The notes: a model not told the origin generated them from the sequence alone. A stretch of 32,000 nt of DNA from Methylorubrum extorquens (GCA_900234795.1 LT962688.1:4170001-4202000); one strand, 5' to 3'. Counted from the stretch's first letter, positions 7,955 through 18,680 are shown. Translations and numbers: made by a program.

Positions 7955-8209
7955 GCGGGAAGTGCCCACCTTGAGCGTAACGATCCCGGCTCGTCCTGCG
8001 CGCGAAGGCAGCAGGCCGAGTGCACTTGGTGCCAAGCACCGAGTGGGATCACTGAGGACGGGTCCGGGCCCCTCTGACGGTCGAGGCGTCGACCGTGATG
8101 TCGGATTCTTTCACCGCTGGCGCGAACGCGGCGCGGAAGCGTGCGAGGATAGTCCTGTGCCGGCCATGCTGGTTTTCCTGTTCCGTCCCTCTGCGAGCGG
8201 AGCGGCTGC

Positions 8210-9139
8210 TTGAGCGCGACTTCGGGGACCGGGAAGCGCCGCGCGCTCCTTCTCGTGAACGCCAAGGCCCGCAGCGGGTCCGCGCCTCTGGATGCGATCC
8301 GCACGATCCTGCGTGAGGGCGGGCTCGATCTCATCGAGCCGGAGGGCAGCGCCGATTGCAAGGAGGTGATCGGTCGGCATGCGTCCTCCGTCGATCTGGT
8401 GATCCTCGGGGGCGGCGACGGTACCATGAACGCGGCGGCGCCGGCCCTGGTCGAGACGGGGCTGCCCTTCGGCATCCTGCCGCTCGGCACCGCCAACGAC
8501 CTCGCCCGCTCCCTCGGCCTGCCCCTCGAGCCGGAGCCGGCCGCCCACGTGATCCCGACGGCGCCGGAGAAGGCGATCGACCTCGGCTGGGTCAACGGGC
8601 ACTATTATTTCAACGTGGCGAGCGTCGGCTTTTCTGCCGATCTCGCCAGCGAACTGACGGCGGAGGCCAAGAAGACCTGGGGCACGGTGGGCTACGCCAT
8701 CGCCGCCTTCCGGCTCCTGCGCCGCGCCCGGCCCTTCACCGTGACGATCGAACATGACGGCCGCACCGAGAAGGTGACGACCATCCAGGCGTCGGTCGGC
8801 AACGGGCGCCATTACGGCGGTGGCATGACCGTGCAGGAGGACGCCACCGTCGATGACGGACGGCTCGATTTCTACAGCCTGGAAGTCGCCCATTGGTGGC
8901 GGCTGATCGCGCTGCTGCCGGCCCTGCGCCGCGGGACCCATGGCAAGGCGGCGGATGTGCGTGCGTTCGAGACCACGGAACTGATGCTGACGACCCGCAA
9001 GCCGCGGGCGGTCAACACCGACGGCGAGTTGACCACTTGGACCCCGGCCCATTTCAAGGTGATGCCGAAGGCGGTGCGCGTTCTCGCGCCGCTGGACGCC
9101 GCGCCCGGCGGCACAAGCCGCTTCCCTCTTCCCTTCTGA
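8210..9139 (+). CDS. diacylglycerol/lipid kinase family protein (YegS/LCB5-type catalytic domain)
   Basis: 309-aa ORF with a TTG start. Diagnostic segments are [11 protein letters not shown], the [13 protein letters not shown] (GGDGT) motif and [19 protein letters not shown]. Confidence 0.9.
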   Translation: MSATSGTGKRRALLLVNAKARSGSAPLDAIRTILREGGLDLIEPEGSADCKEVIGRHASSVDLVILGGGDGTMNAAAPALVETGLPFGILPLGTANDLARSLGLPLEPEPAAHVIPTAPEKAIDLGWVNGHYYFNVASVGFSADLASELTAEAKKTWGTVGYAIAAFRLLRRARPFTVTIEHDGRTEKVTTIQASVGNGRHYGGGMTVQEDATVDDGRLDFYSLEVAHWWRLIALLPALRRGTHGKAADVRAFETTELMLTTRKPRAVNTDGELTTWTPAHFKVMPKAVRVLAPLDAAPGGTSRFPLPF

Positions 9140-9155
9140 ACCCCCGGATCCGCCC

Positions 9156-9902
9156 GTGGACAGCCTCTTTCACCTCGCCGCCGATCCCACTGCCTGGGCA
9201 GCGCTGGCGACCCTCGTGGTGATGGAAGTCGTTCTCGGCATCGACAACCTGATCTTCATCTCGATCGTCACCAACAAGCTGCCCGAGGCCGAGCGGAGCC
9301 GGGCGCGGCGCTTGGGTATCGGCCTCGCGCTAATCCTGCGTCTGGCCCTGCTCGGCACGGTGGCGTGGATCGTCCACCTGACCGAGCCGGTCTTCGCGGT
9401 GCTGGGCAAGAGCTTCTCCTGGCGCGACCTCATCCTCATCGCCGGCGGCCTGTTCCTGCTGTGGAAGGCGACCAAGGAGATCCACCACAGCGTCGATCCG
9501 AGCCCGGAGGAGAAGCCCGGCAGCCGGGCGGCGCTCACCTTCGGCTCCGCCATCGGCCAGATCCTGGTGCTCGACCTCGTCTTCTCGATCGATTCGATCA
9601 TCACCGCCGTCGGCATGACCGAGCACGTGCCGATCATGGTGATCGCCGTCGTGGCCGCCGTGACCGTGATGCTGATCGCCGCGGACCCGCTTTCGCGCTT
9701 CATCGCCGCCAACCCCACCGTGGTGATGCTGGCGCTCGGCTTCCTCATCATGATCGGCATGACGCTGCTCGCCGAAGGCTTCGGGGCGCATGTGCCGAAG
9801 GGCTACATCTACACCGCGATGGCGTTCTCGGCCGGCGTGGAAGGCCTCAACATGGTGGCCCGCCGCCGCAGGCGGGCGAAGACGCCGACGGGCGGGGCCT
9901 GA
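9156..9902 (+). CDS. TerC-family integral membrane protein
   Basis: 248-aa multi-TM ORF with the TerC signature ([18 protein letters not shown]...) and a second repeat ([19 protein letters not shown]). The GTG start lies 16 nt after the lipid kinase stop, so the two genes are probably co-transcribed. Confidence 0.9.
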   Translation: MDSLFHLAADPTAWAALATLVVMEVVLGIDNLIFISIVTNKLPEAERSRARRLGIGLALILRLALLGTVAWIVHLTEPVFAVLGKSFSWRDLILIAGGLFLLWKATKEIHHSVDPSPEEKPGSRAALTFGSAIGQILVLDLVFSIDSIITAVGMTEHVPIMVIAVVAAVTVMLIAADPLSRFIAANPTVVMLALGFLIMIGMTLLAEGFGAHVPKGYIYTAMAFSAGVEGLNMVARRRRRAKTPTGGA

Positions 9903-10208
9903 AGCGCGGCAATTTTCCCGTGAAAACCGCAGGGACCGGCCGAGGGCCTTCACACCGTTTCCGGGTGGTCCGTTGCCCGTGGCCGCGCGAGCCCCGGCGA
10001 ATGACATAAGAGCGAGCCTGTTTCCGGGACGGGCTCGCTCGGAGAACCTGTTTCCATTTGGGTCACGTGCGGTCGATCCGAACGAGATGGTCAACGAATC
10101 GTAAGTCATAGCGGCCGAAGCCCGGTGGCCCCGGCCTGCCGGGTAAGGGTCCGTTCACGCCGCACCGCGCGTCTAAGCAGTATGACCTGAACCCAGGCGA
10201 CTGCCCCC

Positions 10209-11129
10209 ATGCGCTTCCTTCTCGCACCGGCCCTGCTTGCCGCCGCGTGCGGATCCTCCCTTGCCGCCGCTCCCTCGCCGTTCCGCGCAGCCCTCGCGGC
10301 GGCCGGCGGCTGCGGCGTGCACCGCGTCCTTGCGGAGGAGAGGCTCGGGCGGCTCGGCGTGGCCTCTGCACAGGCCGTGTCGCAAGATGAGGCCGACCTG
10401 TTCGGCAAGCCGGCCGGGCAGTGGACCGAGGACGAGATCCGCGACGCGGTTTCCGTCTTCGCGGCCTGCGAGACCAGATCCGGATCGGCCCGCACCGGGC
10501 CGAGCGAACGCCTCGCCCGCGACCTGCGCGGCTTAGAGACGGCCCTGCGCCGGGCCATCGTCGTCGGGCATGCCCGCGCACCCGTTGAGGCAAGCGAGGA
10601 GCGGGCCTCGCACGGGGCCGGTCGCGATGGCGCCTCGAGCGGACCCGCCCAGCTCCGACAGGGCCCGGCCTTCATCCCAGCCCTGCGGGATGGCGCCCCG
10701 CAGGCGGAAGCGCCACGCGCGCTCGCCGCGATGCCAGCGGCCTCCTCCGATGCGCGGGATGACGCGCCGCCCGACCGGACCTGGCACACGCAACCGCTGG
10801 CCGCCGATGCGACGGCGGGCGAGCCGCCTCGCCTCGCGACGGCGTCGATCGCCGCACACCGGCCGCCGAGGGAGCGGACCCCGTGCCCGGTCAGCCTCGG
10901 CACCTTCGATCTGCTCCAGGCCGAGATGGGTCTGTCCGAGGCCGAGGGCGTGCTCGGCTGTCGCGGCACCATCGACGCCACCGCGAACATACCCGGGGTC
11001 GGCACCTTCGAGACCTATCTCTGGTCGGACCGCGGCAGCGGCGGCACCGTCACGCTGGTCTTTCAGAACAAGCGCCTGCGCTCGAAGGCGCAGCGCGGCC
11101 TCAATGCGGAAGCCGGGCGCGGCGGCTGA
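10209..11129 (+). CDS. putative lipoprotein with low-complexity middle and BLIP/DUF3862-like C-terminal domain
   Basis: 306-aa ORF. The N-terminus MRFLLAPALLAAACGSS is lipobox-like. The C-terminus (FDLLQAEMGLSEAEGVLGC...FETYLWSD...VTLVFQNKRLRSKAQRGL) resembles small lipoprotein beta-sandwich domains. Function is unknown. Confidence 0.55.
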   Translation: MRFLLAPALLAAACGSSLAAAPSPFRAALAAAGGCGVHRVLAEERLGRLGVASAQAVSQDEADLFGKPAGQWTEDEIRDAVSVFAACETRSGSARTGPSERLARDLRGLETALRRAIVVGHARAPVEASEERASHGAGRDGASSGPAQLRQGPAFIPALRDGAPQAEAPRALAAMPAASSDARDDAPPDRTWHTQPLAADATAGEPPRLATASIAAHRPPRERTPCPVSLGTFDLLQAEMGLSEAEGVLGCRGTIDATANIPGVGTFETYLWSDRGSGGTVTLVFQNKRLRSKAQRGLNAEAGRGG

Positions 11130-11165
11130 TACGGTCTCCGCTTGATGAAAGCGGGGACCGTATCA
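11127..11165. other. 17-bp-arm hairpin (TGATACGGTCTCCGCTT-GATGA-AAGCGGGGACCGTATCA) overlapping the stop codon of 10209..11129
   Basis: Read directly. There is one mismatch (a G-U pair in RNA) and no following T-tract. It could be a terminator or a REP-like structure between convergent genes. Confidence 0.5.
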
Positions 11166-11241
11166 GCAAGCCCGCGCGGCGCCTGAGCGAAGCCCAAATC
11201 CGCCATCCCGAAGGGATCAAACGGATTTGGTATGAACCGAT

Positions 11242-12975
11242 TCAGCGCAGCAGGTTGGTCTTGGCCAGATCGAGGATCGCGTCGCCGCGTCCGTTCATCA
11301 CGGCCTGGAGCGCGTAGAGGCTGAAACCCTTCACCTGCTCGGCCTGGAGCTTCGGCGGCATCGCCAGTTCCTGGCGGTTCGTCACCACGTCGAGGAGCGC
11401 CGGGCCGGGATGGGACAGTACGTCCTGGATCGCGCCCTCCAGGTCACCCGGATCCTCGACCCGGTGGGCATGGATGCCGATGGCGCGGGCCATGGCCGCG
11501 AAATCCGGGTTTTCGAGCGTGACGCCGGTCTCGAGATAGCCCGCGGCCTTCATCTCCAACTCGACGAAGCCCAGCGTGCCGTTGTTGTAGATGACGACCT
11601 TCACCGGCAGCCGCTCCTGCGTCAGGGTGAGGATGTCGCCCATCAGCATCGCGAAGCCGCCGTCGCCCGACAGCGAGATCACCTGCCGGCCGGGGCTCGC
11701 CGCCTGGATGCCGATGGCGTGCGGCAGGGCGTTCGCCATCGAGCCGTGCGCCCAGGAGCCGATCAGGCGCCGTCCGGCCGTCATGGAGAGGTAGCGCGCC
11801 GCCCAGACCGTGGGCGTGCCGACATCGGCCGTGAACACCGCGTTCTCGGTCGCCGCTTCGCTGAGGAGCCGGGTGAGATATTGCGGGTGGATCGGCTTGC
11901 GCCCCGCCTTGCCGGTGGCGAGATCGTCGAGGTCCTCGCGCGCCTTGGCGTAATGCTTGAGGCTGGCCTCCAGATGGCGCCCGCTGTCGTTGCCGGTCAG
12001 GCGCGGCAGAAGCGCGTCGATGGTGGCGGCGACATCGCCGACGAGGCCGAGTTCGAGCCGGCAACGCTTGCCCAGATTCTCCGGACGCAGATCGACCTGC
12101 GCGATCTTGCCGTGCTCGGGGTAGAACTGGCGGTAGGGGAAGTCGGTCCCCAGCATTAGCAGGGTCTCGCAGGCTTCCATCGCCGCGTAGCCCGAACTGA
12201 ACCCGATCAGCCCGGTCATGCCGACATCGTAGGGATTGTCGTGCTCGACATGCTCCTTGCCGCCGAGCGCGTGGACGATCGGGCTCGTGAGACGCTCGGC
12301 CAGCCGCATCAGCGGCGCGTGCGCGCCGGCGCAGCCGCGTCCGCAGAGAAGCGTGATTTTCTTGGACCCGTTGAGGAGGTCCGCCAAGCGGTCGAGTTCG
12401 TCCGCGGGCGGAACGGTCACCGGTGCGCGGGGGCGCAGCGTCGCGGGGGCGGACAAGGCGCGCTTGGGCGCTTCCTTCAGAGCCACGGTGCCGGGGATGA
12501 CCACCACCGCGACGCCGCGCTTGCCAACGGCCGAGCGGATCGCCGCTTCAAGGACGTTGGGCAATTGCTCCGGGTCCGAGACCGTCTCGCAGAAATGGCT
12601 GCAATCGCGGAACAGCTCCTCGGGCCGCGTCGCCTGGAAGTAGTTGAGGCCGATCTCGCTCGACGGGATATGCGCGGCGATCGCCAGGACCGGCGTGCGC
12701 GTGCGGTGGGCGTCGAACAGGCCGTTGATGAGGTGGAGGTTGCCCGGTCCGCAGGAGCCAGCGCAGACCGCGAGTTCGCCCGTCACCTGCGACTCGCCGG
12801 CGGCGGCGAAGGCGGCGACCTCCTCGTGACGGACATGAACCCAGTCGATGACGCCGCGGGCACGGATCGCTTCGGTGATCCCGTTCAGGCTGTCGCCGAC
12901 GAGGCCGTAGACGCGGCGCACGCCCGCCTGCTGGAGCGTTTCGACCACGAGATCCGATACGTTGCGGGTTGCCAT
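11242..12975 (-). CDS. poxB: thiamine-diphosphate-dependent pyruvate dehydrogenase (quinone) / pyruvate oxidase
   Basis: 577-aa ORF. The N-terminus (VVETLQQAGVRRVYGLVGDSLNGI...HEEVAAFAAAGESQVTGELAVCAGSCGPGNLHLINGL) and the TPP motif (LSGDGGFAMLMGD...VVIYNNGTLGFV) are PoxB-like. A GGAG sits 8 nt upstream of the ATG. Confidence 0.85.
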   Translation of the reverse strand: MATRNVSDLVVETLQQAGVRRVYGLVGDSLNGITEAIRARGVIDWVHVRHEEVAAFAAAGESQVTGELAVCAGSCGPGNLHLINGLFDAHRTRTPVLAIAAHIPSSEIGLNYFQATRPEELFRDCSHFCETVSDPEQLPNVLEAAIRSAVGKRGVAVVVIPGTVALKEAPKRALSAPATLRPRAPVTVPPADELDRLADLLNGSKKITLLCGRGCAGAHAPLMRLAERLTSPIVHALGGKEHVEHDNPYDVGMTGLIGFSSGYAAMEACETLLMLGTDFPYRQFYPEHGKIAQVDLRPENLGKRCRLELGLVGDVAATIDALLPRLTGNDSGRHLEASLKHYAKAREDLDDLATGKAGRKPIHPQYLTRLLSEAATENAVFTADVGTPTVWAARYLSMTAGRRLIGSWAHGSMANALPHAIGIQAASPGRQVISLSGDGGFAMLMGDILTLTQERLPVKVVIYNNGTLGFVELEMKAAGYLETGVTLENPDFAAMARAIGIHAHRVEDPGDLEGAIQDVLSHPGPALLDVVTNRQELAMPPKLQAEQVKGFSLYALQAVMNGRGDAILDLAKTNLLR

Positions 12976-13177
12976 GCGCCGTCTCCGAACAGAACCGCCT
13001 CGAAAGGCGGTGACGGCGGGCCAACGTCACACGCAAGCGAAGGTTCGATCGATCGAAGATTTTGTAAAGACTGCATAATTTCGCATGCCGGGAGCGCCGC
13101 CTCCGGCAGGATCGTCACTCCGTCTGCACTGGCCGGCCCGCATCGTGCCCGACCTATCCCGTCGCGCGATACGCTCC

Positions 13178-13216
13178 GAAACGAAAAGGGGCCGGCCGAT
13201 CGTGTCGGCCGGCCCC
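13178..13216 (-). terminator. intrinsic terminator of rho
   Basis: Perfect 12-bp GC stem GGGGCCGGCCGA-TCGTG-TCGGCCGGCCCC at 13188..13216. On the minus strand it is followed by TTTTCGTTTC. It lies 33 nt downstream of the rho stop codon. Confidence 0.75.
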
Positions 13217-13248
13217 CTCGGCAAAAAGCCTCGGCGCGGTGTCGCGCC

Positions 13249-14592
<1,344 letters not shown>

Positions 14593-14845
14593 GTGGGGAG
14601 ATGCAACCAACGAAGGGCGGGGAATGGTCGGCCGGTTCGGGAGCAGAGCCGGGCGCTGGGGAAGCGCCCCGGGGTCCGTAGCCGTCGCGGGCGCGCGGCC
14701 CGGCCCGCGCATCGGTTCCGCTCGGCCAGAAAGACCTCGGAATGCGACACGGCTGCAATGGGAGAGCATCGCTCAGTAGCGCGTTTCGCCACCCGGCTCA
14801 AGACCCCGCCCGCCGATTTCCAATCTCAAGGTTTGGCGAGTCGGC

Positions 14846-15630
14846 CTACCGCCGCCGCAGGCGCACGTAGAGGGCGCCGCCTCCGCCGTGATGGCGCGCC
14901 GCCTCCTCGAAACCGAGCACGAGGCCGCGCAATTCCGGGCCCCGCAGCCAATGCGGCACGCTGCGGCGGAGCACGCCGCGCTCGGAGAAGCCGCCGCGGT
15001 CGCGGCCGCCGAAACCCTCGCCGCCCTTGCCGGTCACCACGAGCACGCGGGCATGCCCCGCCGCGCGGGAGCGCAGCAGGAAGCCGACCAGCGCCGCGTG
15101 CGCCTCCGCCTGATACAGCCCGTGCAGATCGATGCGGGCCTCGATCGTCAGCGTACCCGCTCCAACCCGCGCCGCTCCCGCCGCTCCAGACCCGGCGCCC
15201 CCGGCGACGCTGGGGGAGCGGGCAGAGTGGGCGCGGCGCTGGCCCGGGCGATCTCGGGAGCGAGGTCGCCGAGCTTGAGCGGCTTCGACGCGACCCGCGG
15301 CAGGGAGGCGGCGGGGGCAGGCTTGAGGGGGACGGGCTTGAGTGGGGCAGGCTTGGCGGGGGCGGACGCCGCCGGGGGAGGGGAGGCAGGTCTCCAGGCA
15401 GGCTTGGCGGCAGGTTTGGCGGCCGGTTTCGGTGCCGGCTTGGCGAGCTTCGCCGCAGGTGCGGTGATCGGCGGCGCGGGCTGTTCGGCCCCGGCAGCGG
15501 GCCCCTTCTGAGCCGGCTTTTTCGGCTTGGCGCGGCCCCGCAGGGGCGTGATCAGCTTGGCGATCTCGCCCCAGAGATGCGCCTCCTCGCGCGAGAGCAG
15601 GCGCGAGCGCCGCGGCGGTCGCGTGTTCAC
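14846..15630 (-). pseudogene. Smr (small MutS-related) domain protein; reading frame interrupted as sequenced
   Basis: The N-terminal part (VNTRPPRRSRLLSREEAHLWGEIAKLITPL, then a Pro/Ala/Lys-rich linker) is in the frame that stops at 15148. The Smr domain (TLTIEARIDLHGLYQAEAHAALVGFL...VLVVTGKG...ALYVRLRR) is in the frame ending at 14846. One added G, for example in the run at 15156..15158, joins them. The GTG start overlaps the mltA stop (GTGA). This may be a sequencing error rather than a true pseudogene. Confidence 0.75.
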
Positions 15631-16900
15631 GGCCGCGCCTCTCCGGCAGCGGCCTCCGGTGCGGCCGCGCCCTTGGCAGCGCCATCCGGGGCGGGCTTCG
15701 GAATCAGTACCACGAAGCCCATCCGGTCGTGCAGGTCGCCCGCCGCCCGACCGGCGGCAGCGCCGGTGCCGACATAGAGGTCGCCGCGCGCCGGGCCGAC
15801 GATGGCCGAACCGGTATCGGCGGCGACGACCAAGTGGCCGCGGCCGGGCTGGCCCGGCAGCTTGCCTTCCAGCCAGAACGGCAGGCCGTAGCGCCAGAGG
15901 TTCCCGTCGACGGCCATGCTGCGCCCCGGACTCAGCGGCACGCCCGCGGCACCGGGCGGCCCGAGGGCGGGGTCGGTCACCGGCTCGGTCCGGAAGAAGA
16001 TGTAGGACGCGTTCATCCGCATCAGCCGGCGGGCATGGTCGGGGTTGGCCCGTAACCACGCCGTCCAGCGCTCCAGGCTCAGCCCGTTGATCGGCAGATG
16101 GCCCTCGTTGACGATCAGCTTGCCGATCGAGGTGTAGGGCTGGCCGTTCTTGCCGTCGTAGAGCACCCGCATCCCGCGCCCATCGGGCAGGCGCACCCGC
16201 CCGGACCCCTGCACCTGCAGCACGAAGAGGTCCACGGCGTCGCGCAGCCACAGCAGCGGCCGCGTCCGCTCGCCGAGCGCCCCATCTTCGATCGCCGCGC
16301 GGTCGGGATAGGGGACGAACCCAGTCTCGGTGCGCCGGCCCGCCCGGTAGAGCGGATCGAGCCCCGGCGCTGTCTCGCCAGGTGCGAGGCTGACGAGGTC
16401 GTCCGGCCGGGCCAGCACGGGTGCGGTATAGCCGGGGCCGGGCTCGAGCGAGCCGGTGAGTTCCGGCTCGAAATAGCCGGTGAGGAAGCCGACCCGGCGC
16501 TCAGGCTCCGTTCCGGAGGCCGGGCGGACGATGCGGTAGGCGGAGAACCGCGCCTCGAAGAATTTTTTTTGGCCTCGTTCGGCTTCACCTCGGCGGCGGC
16601 GGCGCAGGCTGCCGCGAGATCGGCGGGCGAGCCCGTCACGCCCTCGATCTGGGGCGGATTGGGGCCGGGCCCGGCGCAGGTGCGGCGGAAGGCGTCGAGG
16701 GAGGCCGCCCCGTCATCCTCGCGCCAGCCGGGCAGGGCGGCAAGCGAGACCGGCTCCAGCACCGCACCCGCCACCTGGGGCGGCACGCGCGAGGCTTCGG
16801 CCGCCCGCGAGGGTGCGGCGGGCGAGGGTACGGCGGGAATGGAAACGGCCGCAGCGGCGAGGACCGCTGCGGCCGGAAGGGAAACGCGCAAACACGGCAT
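15627..16900 (-). pseudogene. mltA: membrane-bound lytic murein transglycosylase A; reading frame interrupted at an A8 tract as sequenced
   Basis: The N-terminal frame (signal peptide, LEPVSLAALPGWREDDGAASLDAFRRTC...AAAEVKPNEAKK) runs into the T8 run at 16563..16570 (A8 on the coding strand). The remainder (FFEARFSAYRIV...GYFEPELTGS..., 3D/MltA domains ...RLPDGRGMRVLYDGKNGQPYTSIGK...) is in the -1 frame and ends at 15627. A9 or A6 would give one continuous ORF. Confidence 0.85.
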
Positions 16901-16912
16901 GAGGCGAAACGA

Positions 16913-17633
16913 TCAGCCGCCCGCGTCGGTGGCGACGAGCTGCCAGTTCGGGTCGCGCGAGCCGAGCGTGCGGGCGAAGGTCCACACGTCGGGCACTTCG
17001 ACACCGGTCTCGGCATTGCCGTCGATCACCTTGCCGTCCGCGTCGCGGGTGGCGGTGATGAGGTTCGAGAGGAAGCGCACGGTGATCTGGGCGGCGCGGT
17101 TCTTCACCTCGACGGCGGCGATCTCCGCCTTGTCGATGGAGATGAAGGTCGTCTCCGCCGTCTCGTTGCGCTTCTCGCGCTCGGAAATCGCCCGCTCGAA
17201 GCCTTCGCACACCTCCCGCGAGAGGAGTGCACGCAAGGTCTTGCGGTCCCCCCTTGGCGAAGGCGGTGACGATGGTCTCGTAGGCGCCCTTGGCCCCTTC
17301 GAGGAAGGCGCGGGGCTCGAAGGCGGGTTCGAGCTGCACCACCTGTTCGAGGCCGCGGGCGACCGCCGAGCCCGGCTCGGCGATGCCGCGCCAGTCGCGG
17401 GCCGCGGTCTGCACCGCCGCCGCTCCCGCCGGGCTGCGGTCGGCGCCGGGCAGGCGCACCACGTTGTCACCCTCACCGCGGCCGGCCGGCGGCTCGGTGC
17501 GGTTGCGCTCCACCGGCCGGAAGGGCGAGCGCTCGGTGCCGGTCTTCTGGCCCAGGACCGAGCGCAGCCGCCAGATCACGAAGACGGCCAGCGCCAGGAA
17601 AATCAGAGTGGTTGCGTCGAAGGAATCCTGCAT
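16913..17633 (-). pseudogene. Tim44-like domain protein (N-terminal TM anchor); reading frame interrupted at a G6 run as sequenced
   Basis: The ATG at 17633 starts MQDSFDATTLIFLALAVFVIWRL...FEPRAFLEGAKGAYETIVTAFAKG. The frame breaks at the C6 run 17248..17253 on the + strand. The continuation (DRKTLRALLSREVCEGFERAI...VWTFARTLGSRDPNWQLVATD) is in another frame and ends at 16913. G5 would give one ORF of about 239 aa. Confidence 0.85.
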
Positions 17634-18094
17634 CACCGATCCGAATCGTGACCGTCGCACACGTGAGTCCGGCGCCCGTAAGGCCGCCCGGACGGGAAAG
17701 GTCCGCCCCCTGATCCCGCCCGCCGCGCTCCGGAAGAGGGTTTCGCGAGGTTCCCGAGCGGAGCCGGGAAGGGTTCGCGAGACCGCCTCTTAGCCGAGGG
17801 TGGCGCGGGGATCGACCCGGGAACGGAGACCTTGGTAGGCGCTTGGGTCTGAGTGTCTCCGACTGTTCGAAGTCCGTGACCTTATCGTCATATGGGCGGA
17901 CCTGCGAGGTATTCCAGGGAAACGCGCAAGACGAGCCTCCGCGTCCCATTCACGCGCGCCTTCGCGCCGCGGCGATTGCTTCGGTTCGGCTTGTTCGCTG
18001 GATACGGGCATGGTAGCCGCAGCCCGCGCCGGAGGGGCGCTCTTTGGCGCGGGACACGTGCGCGCCGAGGACGACGCAAGCAGGAGAGACCGCC

Positions 18095-18601
18095 ATGGCC
18101 GATACCGCGGCACCGAACGGCAACGGCGCGCAGGGCCAGGATCTCGCGCCCGCGATCAACGCGCTGGCGCAATACGCCAAGGATCTCTCCTTCGAGAACC
18201 CGAACGCGCCGCGCTCCCTGCAGCCGCAGGAGGGTGGCCCTCAGATCAACATTCAGGTCAACGTCAACGCCCAGCAGATCGCCGAGGCGGACTTCGAGGT
18301 CGAGCTGACGCTCGAGGGCGATGCCAAGATCCAGAACGAGGTGCTGTTCGCCTTCGAGCTGAAGTATGCCGGCATCTTCCGCATGCGCAACATCCCGCAG
18401 GAGCAGATCCACCCGGCGGTGATGATCGAGTGCCCGCGCCTGCTCTTCCCGTTCGCGCGCCAGATCGTCGCCGAGGCGGTGCGCAACGGCGGCTTCCCGC
18501 CGCTCTACATCGACCCGATCGATTTCGTCGGCCTCTATCAGCAGAAGATGATGGAAGCCCAGGCCCAGGGCGGCCAGCCGGGCGCGCCGCTCGCCTCCTG
18601 A
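18095..18601 (+). CDS. secB: protein-export chaperone SecB
   Basis: The sequence [16 protein letters not shown]...FEVELTLEG...[58 protein letters not shown] is canonical SecB. The ATG at 18095 is preceded by AGGAGAG (18082..18088). Confidence 0.93.
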   Translation: MADTAAPNGNGAQGQDLAPAINALAQYAKDLSFENPNAPRSLQPQEGGPQINIQVNVNAQQIAEADFEVELTLEGDAKIQNEVLFAFELKYAGIFRMRNIPQEQIHPAVMIECPRLLFPFARQIVAEAVRNGGFPPLYIDPIDFVGLYQQKMMEAQAQGGQPGAPLAS

Positions 18602-18645
18602 GGCGGCGCTTCGGCTTCACGATCCTGACCAGGATTGCCTGAACG

Positions 18646-18680
18646 AGACCCTGGTGCCGATGGCTCCGGGGTCTTTTCGT
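18646..18680 (+). terminator. candidate intrinsic terminator after secB
   Basis: 9-bp stem AGACCCTGG / CCGGGGTCT with one G-U pair, an 11-nt loop, followed by TTTTCGT. Confidence 0.5.

Noticed and set aside
7633-8209. Known riboswitch classes (cobalamin, TPP, glycine, SAM-II) in the large gap
   Set aside because: By eye I could not find the conserved cores (B12 box, the CUGAGA/ACCUGA elements of TPP, or the glycine GGAGAG...CACCG arrangement). Only an Rfam or Infernal scan could settle this.
7684-8595. 303-aa minus-strand ORF, plus 7710..8213+ and 7802..8077+, spanning the large intergenic gap
   Set aside because: The translations are Arg/Pro/Ser-rich with no domain-like segments. The ORF also runs antisense into the lipid kinase gene. 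The region is treated as non-coding.
9140-9155. Expected yybP-ykoY (Mn) riboswitch in front of the TerC-family gene
   Set aside because: Only 16 nt separate it from the lipid kinase stop, which leaves no room for a riboswitch. I recognised no riboswitch motif upstream of the kinase either.
16563-16570. Programmed frameshifting as the main explanation for the mltA break
   Set aside because: It is kept only as a low-probability alternative. Four other breaks, at non-slippery G or C runs or G-rich stretches in nearby genes, make sequencing error or ordinary mutation the more economical explanation.
17795-17870. tRNA-like T-arm impression (GCGGGGATCGACCCGGG) in the Tim44-like/secB divergent region
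   Set aside because: I could not build an acceptor stem, D arm or anticodon arm. The T-loop is also not TTCRANY-like. It is not a tRNA.
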